Source: Vermamoeba vermiformis
Lineage: Eukaryota
Length of the DNA: 64,000 nucleotides
Reading direction: 5' to 3'
Assembly (NCBI GenBank): GCA_045837725.1
Contig: JBEWZL010000257.1
Location: forward strand, 62,001 to 126,000
Shown: positions 36,560-47,644 of the stretch, piece by piece
How positions within the stretch are numbered: the first letter of the stretch is position 1
How the letters are laid out: each line of letters opens with the position of its first letter
Notes under the pieces: generated by a model
Databases searched by the model: none
The model's input: only the letters and a program-made list of their open reading frames with translations
What the model was told of the DNA's origin: nothing
Position numbers and translations under genes: made by a program

Positions 36560-38740
36560 CTATTTATCGTACAATCCAATTAACACGTCGTTAATGGCAG
36601 GCAATTCGCCGTTATTTTTGTCGCGGTATTGTTCGATTAATACTTGTTTGTCTACTTGCGGATGTCGTTTCATAACTTCCGTTACGTACTGTTTGTTAAT
36701 CAATGATCCATTAAAGACCGCTCCAGCAATCGTTTGTAATGAACTCATGACGATGAATCCATACAATAAAATAAAGAAATCCAATGAGTAAAATGTACCA
36801 TTGAACGGATCTAGCCGCAAATACTGAGGTAAATAAGTGGGTCAAGCCAAACCATATCATAGACTGGTTAATAACGATTATGGGTGATATAGATGATTTC
36901 GAGCGTCTGTTGTGATGGTCGTTCGCGGATACGATCGGCTGCAACTCTTGATCATGCTGAATTTGCTGGTTATCTGACTGCTACGAAAAATATTATTTAG
37001 TACCTAATAAAAATAGCCTTATATAATGCCTAATTACCTTCTCGCGAAGCGTGTGGAAAACTCCATCCCGTAAGCCATTGTTGGCAGTGTTGGCTACCAC
37101 CAGAGAGAATATAAAAAGAATAACTAGTAACCAATTATCCATATACACGGCAAAGAAGTTCCAAGCAAAGAAAATCCAAGCTAGCCAAGTACCGCCGGAA
37201 ATTTGGCCGATCAGATCGTTGACGCAGATCATGAGGTACTCGTCGAATCTGAAGAACATTAAGTCTTCTTCACGATACTCGTTCTTCAATGACTTCATGA
37301 AGTATATTCTGTAAGCGTTGTATTCTCGATAAGACGTTGCCGAGCTACAAATAAAATTAATATCATATTTCCTTATTAGGTGCCAAATCCGGGTCTGCAA
37401 CTTACAAAAATCCGTTCAACTTCTTCTGTATCACTAGATCCTGCTTTACTTCTTCGTAAATTTCTCCTCTGAATGCAGCCTGACGAGCCACTACGAAAAT
37501 AATAATTAATTTTGAGATCTGTAGTCTTCGTATGTGCTGTAGCTTACTTTGGAAAACTTCTTCGTGCTTGCGAAGTTTTCGGCTTAAATATAACTTGCTG
37601 CAGATGAGGCAGATTGCCAACGTAAAGAAATAACCTATCACCAGGAAGAAGATCAAGAAATGAATCGCTTCAATAATCTCTTCTTTGCCCCCAACAGCTT
37701 GAATACCATGTTCGAACGCTATTAATAAATTATTAGTCATATTTGAAGTAATCAATAATCCGGTTAAAGTGCTGGATCCGGCGACTTACTGTCCGAACTG
37801 CTGACGAGGTACAAAGTCAAGCCGATGAGACCAATCAACGTCAATTCGGATTTGAAGGTTTGAATAATGCCCAAGATAGCCTTTTGATTCTTATACTCCA
37901 AATGCTAAAATAATTTCGAAATTTCGTGAGCGAAAAGAAGCAGAATCGTAGTCAGTGGACTTACGTGCTCAAGTTTATGAATGCCTATCTCAAAGACGGT
38001 GCTGAATACGGTCAGTGCGGCCATAATGAGCATGAAGAAACCGATGCTGTGAATCAGATCTTCTTTGAAGCAAGACGAGCCGAGGAACGCTATGCCAGAT
38101 GGACACTCGCATTCATAGACTTCAAAGCATATTGACGATACATTACGGCAATTACTATGAACCGTTACAGGAACAGTTTTATGCCGCTCCGAGTCGTACT
38201 CCGTAGATGCTGCATCGCAAGTCCAAATATTTGAAATGAAATAGCCTTGTCCGTATTTAGGACAAGTATAATCTTGGCAATTATAGCAATCGTAACTACT
38301 CTAAAAATGAAATTAAATAAACGCACGCGACTCGATCCGATCCGAATTTGACTTACCATACAGCTGTCTTGGACCGCTTTATATTGGCAAATACGCCCGG
38401 AATATGGCCAATTACATCTGCACAGACCATAAGCATTGTCGTACGCCCCGTTACCAGAACAGTTGGATTCGGCAGCGCTCACTACAAAAAAATTAATTAA
38501 TTAGTAAATCAGGCGTAATAAATAATTTTTTTCTACATACCGACAGGCAACAGATCTGCATTCGTTTGCGCCACCAAAGTAGCCAATATTGCCGATATTA
38601 AAACTGTACCAAAAATATTATTATCAATTTTTGAAAAAATACTACGGTTTGATTAAATATAAATTTAAAATTAAATTTGATAGAGTCTACGATTTATGAA
38701 TTAGCGAAAATTTGTACTTACCAAAAACTAAGGAGCGCAT
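36560..38740 (-). CDS. MLO-like multi-pass membrane protein with signal peptide and EGF/Cys-rich ectodomain
   Basis: Spliced MRSLVFVLISAILATLVAQTNA signal peptide; CSGNG..CRCNWPYSGRIC EGF; MLO-like segments FEIGIHKLEH, KSELTLIGLIGLTL, IHFLIFFLVIGY and FRFDEYLMICVNDLIGQISGGTWLAW. Confidence 0.7.
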
Positions 38741-39191
38741 TACTTTTGTTGTGCCTTCTTGTGTACTAACCAGAATAAGAAAATCTGCGTAAATACTCGT
38801 TGGTCGGTACGTAATGGAATTTGTCTCCTAACTTTTCTGAGCGTTAGTTAGGAATTACGAAAATCGTAAAATGGTAATTAGTTTCTAAAGTAGCGATAAA
38901 ATTTCGTGTGGTGGTGCACTTAGCGACACCTTCATGCTTTAGAGCATTAATATCTATTAATTGAACAAAAATAATGACTTTTGGCTGAAAAGCGCTCCGA
39001 TGCAAGTGCGAGATCGGTAGATAACTGCAGTTAGCTAAATTATTGCATATATACATTAAATATTCGAATTTAGGCTCTTCTCTGCAATACCCGAAAAAAA
39101 CATAACAATTAAACAACAAGGCGGCGCTTATTACCAAGTTTGACCACTCGTTATTTATCAAACTATCAACATACACGTACCGATCTACATT

Positions 39192-40525
39192 TTACATCAT
39201 TGAGCATCCCCAACGCCCTTCGTCCTTTGGTTGTTGTGGTGCCACTGCTTCACGAACTTTCAATGGCCTCAAACTGTGCGGTGTTAGTTTGTGATTTGAA
39301 ATTAACTCGATATAAACATCGCATTATACTTACCAATGAGCCTTCAACATGTCCAGATTGAGCTGTTGCATCATCTCTTCAACGCCTTCGTACTTTAATG
39401 CCGACACTTCATAGTATCGCATATTAAATTGCTTCGCCAGATACTTAACCAATAATCGAATTAATTTATGTCTAATAACGTATTTTAATTTCATTTTACG
39501 TACCTCTGCCTCCGCACTAAAATTGTCCTTCGGATCCTTTAAGTCTGCTTTCAGTCCTACCATATAAAACACGCAATCTTCAGTCAGGACATCCTTATGA
39601 TCAACAAATGTGCGCATCCATAATTCGATCAATTTAACAAACGTCGATCTGTCCGTCAGATCGAAGCACAGCAGGGCCGAGTGTGGATTGCGATATACTT
39701 GACGAGTCAAGGTAACACGATATCTCTCTTGCTATTATACATGAATATTGGTTAGCCTCATCAATAGTAATGTACCAGAGAAGCTTACACCGCTTGGATC
39801 CCACTATTAAAGTACGATTAGCTTTCAGTTATAATGGTAACTTTCAGCTCCTTACGAATTGGATTTGCGAGGGTATATTATACGCATTACATTGCTTCGT
39901 GACCTGTTCATACGCAAAAAGGTCAAAATAGCTTCGTGAAGAGAGCACTTACAAAGTCACAAATCATCGTAAATGGTTGTGCGGGATTGAACTGTCCAAC
40001 CTGAGTATCGTTAGTAAAGTGAAGGTCTTTTTTGCTTTAATATAAATGAAGGACGTACTTTAGCTGAGAGTGATAAAGTTGTTTTGCCCACATCCACGTT
40101 TCCAAATAATAAAGTTTTGAAAACGTATTTATATTGAGCATAAAATCTATTATACTCTTTATCTTTGATCCACCTGCGCAAAAGAAGGTTAAATAAGCCG
40201 GATGTCATAAGTAAAATTCCTTACCGTTCTTTGACCTGCTCAATGCTTACTTCGGCCCCAATCGATTTGCGATTTAAAAAATACTTGAGCGTATCTGTTA
40301 GATAGATGGTTAGTGCAAAATTAATTAATTATTGAGTTTTTAATTTGATTTACCTTGGTCCCATTTTATCCCAGTTATCTTTTCCATAAAGTTGACTTCA
40401 TTTGCTATTTTGTTGTATTTTTTGCAAATTCGTTTGACAACAATCAAGTCTTGCACTCGATCCACGAAGGAAATTATAAGCGAGTGCAATTCCAACGGCA
40501 AATCGTTTAATGAAGTGCCTTCCAT
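39192..40525 (-). CDS. F-box fused to a Rab-like small GTPase with C-terminal CaaX (CSMM)
   Basis: F-box LNDLPLELHSLIISFV; G1 GNVDVGKT; G3 WDPSGQE; G4 GLKAD; G5 EVSA; last exon ends RWGCSMM-stop. Confidence 0.85.
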
Positions 40526-40711
40526 TTCAATATTAAATAAGAATCGTTGTGACTGCTCTCAATAAAAATAAAAATGGCATAAACTGAAATTTTCAAATAA
40601 AAAATAAAGTGACGACGGGACCAATAATTCAATGAGCTGAGTTTCTTTTGCTAAAGAACATTTATTTCCGGTCCAAAAACTCACAAATTGCACTCATTTC
40701 CGAAACCTAAG

Positions 40712-41560
40712 TTAATGATTGACAATAGACTCAACAATAGTACTTACCGGTCGCTGCTCTGGATCCAGTTTCCAACACATGTGCATGATCTGAGATCTTT
40801 GGCTCGCCATGGTGCAATAGAATGTTGTGCACAGCCAAGTCACGATGAACAATGTTGTTTTGATGCAAGTGATCCAGCCCCGTGCAATCGCTTCTGCAAG
40901 TGCGATTTGTTCAGTTGGTGTGTTGAGTTTGTCTGATTCAAATAACAACTTGTCGAGACTTCCTTCGTTGCAGTACTCGAGGACTACAAGTGGTTGTGGT
41001 CCATCGATTGAGATACCGAGCAGCTGTGCAATGTTGGGATGAGGAGGGATGGCGAGTTGAAAGTCGTTCGCAATTTGCCAATATACACTGAAAAATAGGC
41101 CAAAGTCAGTGCCAAGTAATTAAGGCTGCCAACTGCTTACCTTTGCCGTACGACCCGACTCCAATCTCTCGGCCAAGAGTGATGGCCGAATAAGGAATTA
41201 GGCGACTTGACTCAACTCCGGCTGTATTGTCTGTCACCGCTGTTGTGCTCTCAGGTCCATTGCCGGTAATCGAAGTGTACGTGCCGCTGTTCGGACCGGG
41301 AATAGGCGTAGGATTAGTCGTTGATAATTCTATGCCTTCATAGTCTGTCTTTTCGGCCTTCGTACTGCCGTTGGCTTTTGGCTCGTTTCTCTTTTGCTTC
41401 TTGCGTTGTCTCAACAACACGAAGAGCACGACAAGCCCTGCACCAATGATGCCAACTGGAATCAGTACTCCAAGCAGTATTTGATCTGTCTGACTGGGAA
41501 ATACGGGTGCGTTGTCTGTAATTGCCTCCGTTGGCGTACTTTGAGGTGGTGCGGTTGGAA
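40712..41560 (-). pseudogene. Degraded receptor TKL kinase fragment (TM and partial kinase)
   Basis: TM-juxtamembrane, GVGSYGK and IPPHPNIAQLLG are present. There is a frameshift before LDHLHQNNIVHRDLAV, and the DFG/activation segment is missing before CWKLDPEQRP. Confidence 0.75.
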
Positions 41561-42179
41561 TTCCAGTATTTTTAAAATCAAAAATTCAAAAAAACAAAAA
41601 GCGCTGTTTGCTTACTAATTATCTGTAGATATTATGATTACGTACGTTCAGTAGAATTTTCAGCAAATCCTACGCCCCCAAAAAGCCTCCAACGAACCAT
41701 CCGACAGCGCCTTCCCTGGCACCCGGGTTCGCGCAATGAATGGACACCGCATTTACGATAAATATAATAAATAATGTGCTTCGGCAGCGGCTCATGTGGT
41801 TTTGAATTAAACGGCCAAAAATACAACTAATTTTTTGTTTGCTCGGAAGCGCGTCAGAATTTCAAACCGAAACTAAAATGACTTGACTGAGCAGTAAATA
41901 CTTGTTACTTGGTTATGCGCCTTTTCATGACTTAGAATACCTGAACCGATTTTGATTCAAAACGTGTCACCCATTTTTGACAGGCGGTTGCGCAACCGAA
42001 CTAGCGAATTGAATAAATTGAATAAAGTGAGCATCTATCCTATTAATAAACTTAGTATTTTACAAGTAATTCATTTACAGGCAGCCTTCAGTGTTACACG
42101 TTCTTCGGCGCAGTAATTACTCAATTTTTTCTTCCTGGATGGCTCTTTAAACATTAAATACATGCCCATTGAATCTGAA

Positions 42180-43001
42180 CTATGAAATTTCTTGCTCTTT
42201 TAATATTTCATCCATCGTTCGCCGCATTTCCGCAATATCTATGTCGATTTGACTTTCTGTGCGCGAAAGCAATTCTCCAGGTGCACGTGCCTTTCGTTTA
42301 GACTTCTTATATACAACTAATCGACCTCCTATTTCATGAGGGAGTTCTTGTGACCCCTCAAAAATTTCTTCAACAGATACAGGATCGTAAGTCAAATCCA
42401 CTTCGTAAAAGTAATCTCTCGGATATTTGTTGCTTTTTAGATCAGCTCTTGTCCAATATTGAGAGAAAAAAGTCCATCTATAAGGGTGGACTTTTATGAT
42501 GACGTTGGGACTTTCGTACAAGAAAAATCCATCGAGCTTTCTTCTCAGGCGTTGATTATTGACTAATAGCACGTAATATGTAAAGACTTCGTGCTTAAAG
42601 TCAATAGAGGCCAATACACGCTTGTCTGCCAGATCGAGGTCTTTCAATTCCAGATTAGGTCCTTCACGAACTTGTTTAAGCTCTTTTAATATCTTTTCAG
42701 CTCCTCCTAATGACCGGCAAACTCTAGCCCAAAGTGCATTATTCTAATAGGTCGTTAAAATTATTTTAAATCGAAATTACAGATTTGACTTACCCCGCCT
42801 AAAAAATCGTGGTAATAGTATTTACATGTCATGATTAGTCGCACAAAATCTTTCGTAGATAAAATATCCGTCAATAAGATCAGAATATCTTCCGGTAAGG
42901 CGCTGAAAAATCCTTCTCTTTGCAAATCAAAATTTCGAGCTGGTCTAAATAATAGAATTAGGCAATTATCCTTAATTATATCAAACTTACGAATTACCCA
43001 T
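42180..43001 (-). CDS. F-box protein with possible N-myristoylation start (MGNS)
   Basis: Spliced MGNSPARNFDLQREGFFSALPEDILILLTDILSTKDFVRLIMTCK (F-box-like), continuing into ORF 42180-42647. Confidence 0.7.
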
Positions 43002-43062
43002 GCTGTGTTGCTCCTTTCGTTAAATTATTGAACACTGGGAAATTGGAAATTTTAATTGAAAC

Positions 43063-44070
43063 CACTCGGAAAAAAAACCCACCCGAACTGATGATCACCT
43101 GATGTCTGACGTCATATGATGCCCATCAAGTGACATCAATCTACCGTCAGGTAAGTGTCGCGGACGGCTATTGAAGAGATTTCAACGGATGATGAAAGGC
43201 CAAGCAAGAAAGTGCGGGTCGAAGCATTGCAGCAGGATCTTGCCAAAATGAATGACAAGTTGGATCGCGCTCTCGAGCTACTAGCAACGAAGAAAATAAA
43301 TGAAAGTCTGAATGATACAGTCGGAAAATTAACTGTAAGTTAAATAATATTTTACCTTAACTAACCCAACCTGATCGCAGAAAGATCCGAAAAACTTGCG
43401 CCAGATGTACCTGCTTTTCTTGTCGAGTCACACACCTTCATCGGAACAGAAATTAAAATTAGTAGAGAAGTTTATAAATGAGGCTAATTACGAAGACGAA
43501 AACGGTGCATTGACACACCAAATGAAAATTACGGTAAAATAATTAATAATCAATTACGACCAAAAAATTAATAAAAAATACTAGGTGAACAGTTACTTTA
43601 CCAAGAAGCGAGAACAGTGGAAGGAACTGATTTTGACAAAGTGGATGCAGGAAGAATATGAAGAGGTTAGCGACGACCGTGTTCGCTCCGTATGTAGGAA
43701 GGCTCGAGAGAAAAAACACTTCAAGGAAGAGGAGGCACCTGCTGTATACGACAAGGAGCTGAGTATGGCACGAGACTTCATCCAACGCTATGTTGCAGGA
43801 GAGATCGCGCCACGGCACGCGCGTGCTCCAACCAATAATAATAGGAATTACTGATAAAATAATAAACGAATATTAATGTCACATGATTGTTGCATTCTCT
43901 TGCTCGTCAAATAAAAATGATTACCTGACACGTCATTTTTGTGCAAGATCATCAATTTGATACCCCATCAAAAACGACGAGCGACCAGCAGACCATCATT
44001 TTGGGTTGTCAGGTGATGATCAAAATTGGTGATTTTAGCCATCACTTATGACGTGTTTTTTTTCGTAGTG
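43063..44070. mobile_element. CACTA(CMC)-like non-autonomous DNA transposon
   Basis: Right end reverse-complements to CACTACGAAAAAAAA; left end is CACTCGGAAAAAAAAA. Both subtermini carry TGATGATCA/CACCTGA/CATCAA motifs in inverted orientation. The TSD is imperfect (aac vs aaa) and no transposase is present. Confidence 0.65.
43155..43854 (+). CDS. Three-exon passenger ORF inside the element (coiled coil plus homeodomain-like helix), no ATG start
   Basis: Introns ~43335-43380 and ~43533-43584 join in frame; NLS-like RPSKKVR, coiled coil, then PSSEQKLKLVEKF...VNSYFTKKREQWK. Confidence 0.55.
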
Positions 44071-44108
44071 AAAGTTTATCAACTTTATTCGAGTGCGCTC
44101 GTTAATAA

Positions 44109-47007
44109 TTATTGTAAGTAGTGAATCCTCCGTCTTTGAGGTACAGTAGTAGTAGGAGGCACGAAAAGGATACGTTCTCCCGTTGAGCGGATCTTTGACA
44201 CCCGAACTCCACTATCAACTTTACTTACCAATTAAGTAATATTGCAACGATCTACCATCTTTCAAATGAAAGTAATCTGGTTGGCATCGCAACATTAGAA
44301 CAATACCAACAATTTATGGACCAACCAATATAAAAATACATAAACTGCGCTGTCTGAAGTTACCAACGGTCAATGTTTGGAGGCGTGACGCTTTCAGTGA
44401 CGTTGTTCGTGTCGTCACCGTGCTCTAGCTTGATCAAACCCTCCAAAATCGGGATAGCTTGGAAATAAGGAGACAACACGTATTTTTCTGCAAGAGTTAA
44501 TAATTAACATTTAAAAGGACATCAGTTCACTTACTATGACCAGCAGTCAGTTGAACTTTTTGAGTCTCGGAGAAAATGTCGTGTTTGCCGTAGCGCTGTT
44601 TGATGTAGGTACACATCGTCATACCATGGACCGCATGTTTATTCTATATGAGGGCATTAGTTACGCGACGGATGTCAAATTAGTATGTTAGTCTTACTTT
44701 GCCAATTTTGATTTCATTTAGTCCCAGTATTTGGAGTTGGACTTCATCCGTCTCGCCTTCTTTTTGTAAGCGTAGCTTGGTCGAGAACGGAACTTTCAGC
44801 GAACCAAAAAGTAATTTGAGTGGTCGCTTGTTGAGCCTTTTGAACGCGTGCACGACGAACTGTTCTTCAAGCAAAGTCGCCAAGCGCTCAACTTTTTGCT
44901 GCGACAACCAGCCTTCAACGATCTTCCACACGGCCTTGTCGTAAGATTCTTTAAATTCAAGCGCGAATGACAATAACAACTTCAAGTTAGCATCGCTTGT
45001 GAGGTCCATCTAAACATTGCGTGAGTCATTTAAGTCCTAGAAAGATTCCGTTATGTTGTACGCACCGTTGCATTAGCGAGCAATAAGTGGCCAATGACCG
45101 TAGTTTCCGTTGGCTTTTCTTTCTTCTTTTTGTCCTTCTTAAGAGTATCTTCGTCGATTATCCAATCAAGTCTGCTTTTCTTTTGGTTTTCTTGCTCTCC
45201 ATGCAGAGTTTCTGGTACGTAATTGGCCAAAGCAATCTACAACGGAATTAATTCAGCTCTTCTTCTATCGGAAAAGGCCACAGGCACGTCAAGTCTTTTT
45301 TGTATGACTTACCGATAAGGGAGTCTCGCCATTGATATTTTTAGCATTGACGTCCATGCCACGCTCAATCATCCACATGATTAAGTTCCCATTGGCTCGT
45401 GCGGCACGACAAGCAATGTGCAAGCAAGTATTGCCGTCCTTATTCGTAGTATTAATGCTGATCGTTGCCTTTGAACCAAGCTACCAAAAACGATATGTTC
45501 AGACCAATGATAAGAATCCTCTTTTTAAACTGTTTTTAAACTTACTGTCTTTTCTAAATCTTTAATGCGCTCAACACAATCATTGCAGCGCTCAACGAGT
45601 GCGTGGAAGATATTGTTGTCGTTATCGACGCGCAAAGATTCGAGGTAATCCGCTGGGAATTCACTGAACTGAGGTGCCAAGGGTTAGTATCTAGTACGGG
45701 ATGCAGCGAACAATACTCACTTTAACCGAGCCAATGCAATCGAGAAGTGATTGAGTAGCACCGAGGAGCAATTCTTGATTTTGATATTTGAGCGCAGGAC
45801 CAATGAAATCGACACCCATGATTGAACTGACGCGCAAGTTGCACAAAGCTTTCAAATTGTTGAACAAGTACTTTGAAGTGAGTGCTGATAGTACTACCAA
45901 TTGTTCGGTGTTCAGGCCGTGAAAACTTTTCTCGGTCAACTTTTCCTCTATTAACAAGGTTAGCTTATTCTTTAAGAATAAATGCGCCGACACTACGTAC
46001 TGGAATAGAGAAGGTTGAACAGTTTTCCGACCACAACGTGCAAAATAGACTGATCCACAGCGATGCCAAGGTCCAACACTGCCTCGTTCGAAGTACTATC
46101 TTTCATGCCCGAGGTGAACAAGCCTTTGAAATACAACGAACCTAAAAGAGTACTTAATGCGAGAGGTACTCATCTATATTATCTACATACCATAGGCGAG
46201 CATTATACGATGAGTCTTGAAGTAAGCCTTTTTCTCCTTGTCGAGGTACAGCGTGAAGTCACTCAACGGTGTCTCGGCATTGAATTTGGGCAAGTACTGC
46301 TCAATATTGAACGAATATATGTTCCTAAATGACTTCGCGCCATCGCAACAAGCGTTTCTTAGTCCAGGCATGTCGTAGGTCTAAACGAATGCGTCAGTCT
46401 CGTGCACTTGCACAGACTTGCTACGTACCATACAAACATCCCCCACGTAGTCCAATTGTGCCTTTCGTGTCGTATCATAGGCCACAGACTCGTCGTAAAT
46501 TGCTTCGAGGAATGTTTTGATCATTGACTCGTCTTTGCCTTGTAATTCAGGCACGATAACCACGTGGTCTATTTTTGGATCCGAAGCCACTTCAATTTTG
46601 TTTTTCATTAAAGCTTCGTATAATTTATCGCCGGCGCATCTTAGAATGAATTTATGGCAGTAGTATTTAGCTGCGTTTTCGTCTTTCGATGAATGAACGA
46701 TCAGATCGCTAAGCGCTGGTTCGTTAAACCAGCCTGGAAAAGAATATCGCGCATAATCGGCATCAGATAAAGGTGCACTAGTTTCAGTTGACAAAGGAAG
46801 CCACTTGCCTAGAAAATGAAAAATTAATCGTTACGAAATTTAAAGACCTCATAAATTTAAAATTAAATTAAAATTCCTCCGAATTATGCGCTAGTACGTG
46901 CGTATGACAGAGTTGCTACTCGTATAAAATTATGAATTAATTTTGCTCGAGTTTCTAACACCGATCGTTCCCGAGGCTGACTTACGCTTTTTCGCAGGAT
47001 CGGTCAT
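44109..47007 (-). CDS. Tandem BTB/POZ plus ankyrin-repeat protein
   Basis: BTB-like FNEPALSDLIV..YYCHKFIL and FNAETPLSDFTL..FKTHRIMLA; ankyrin DGNTCLHIAC..GMDVNAKNINGETPL. Confidence 0.75.
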
Positions 47008-47644
47008 AATATTTGGTAATGGTGCGTTGTTCGAGTAAAAGAAAATATTGTAAACAAGGAAATAATGCCTCTTTTGAGGGCAAATTATCTTGTTACGGGA
47101 GGCGCACGTTTTTCAATGAATCAAATTTGAAAAACCGAGGCACGAGGACTCAATTTCTTCAGACGCGTCTGAAGAAAAGGAATGGCAAAAATAATATGAC
47201 ATTAAAATAATTCCACAGATTTAAGCAGTACAATGGCATTACTAGTCGATATTAATTAGCTTTATTTATTCTAATTATTTAAACCATGTAATTGCATTGC
47301 CCATAAAAAAGCGGTGTAAGTAATTTCCACAAGCTGAGATTTTTTAAATTTAGTTACCATAATAAATTTGGCCAAAAATATAAATTCATCCAAATCCGTG
47401 CCCCAGAGCCACGTACTTGGCGGAAAGCCGCCCTCTACCAGATACTAATAATACCACTTTGTAGTTACTCTTCTCCTGGGCTGAAAGTTGCATGATATGT
47501 CAGCGGTTTGGAGTATCTCACAAAATTATGACGAGTTTGACAGCCAATGGACTGGGGACTGCGAGCCGAGTCCCATATGTGATTTATAACGCGAAATTGC
47601 GTTGACACTTGCATTATCTATTTTTATCGTTCAAACAACAACAG

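Noticed and set aside
41776-41790. gtgcttcggcagc resembles the U6 snRNA 5' stem-loop
   Set aside because: No ACAGAGA box or other U6 core follows.
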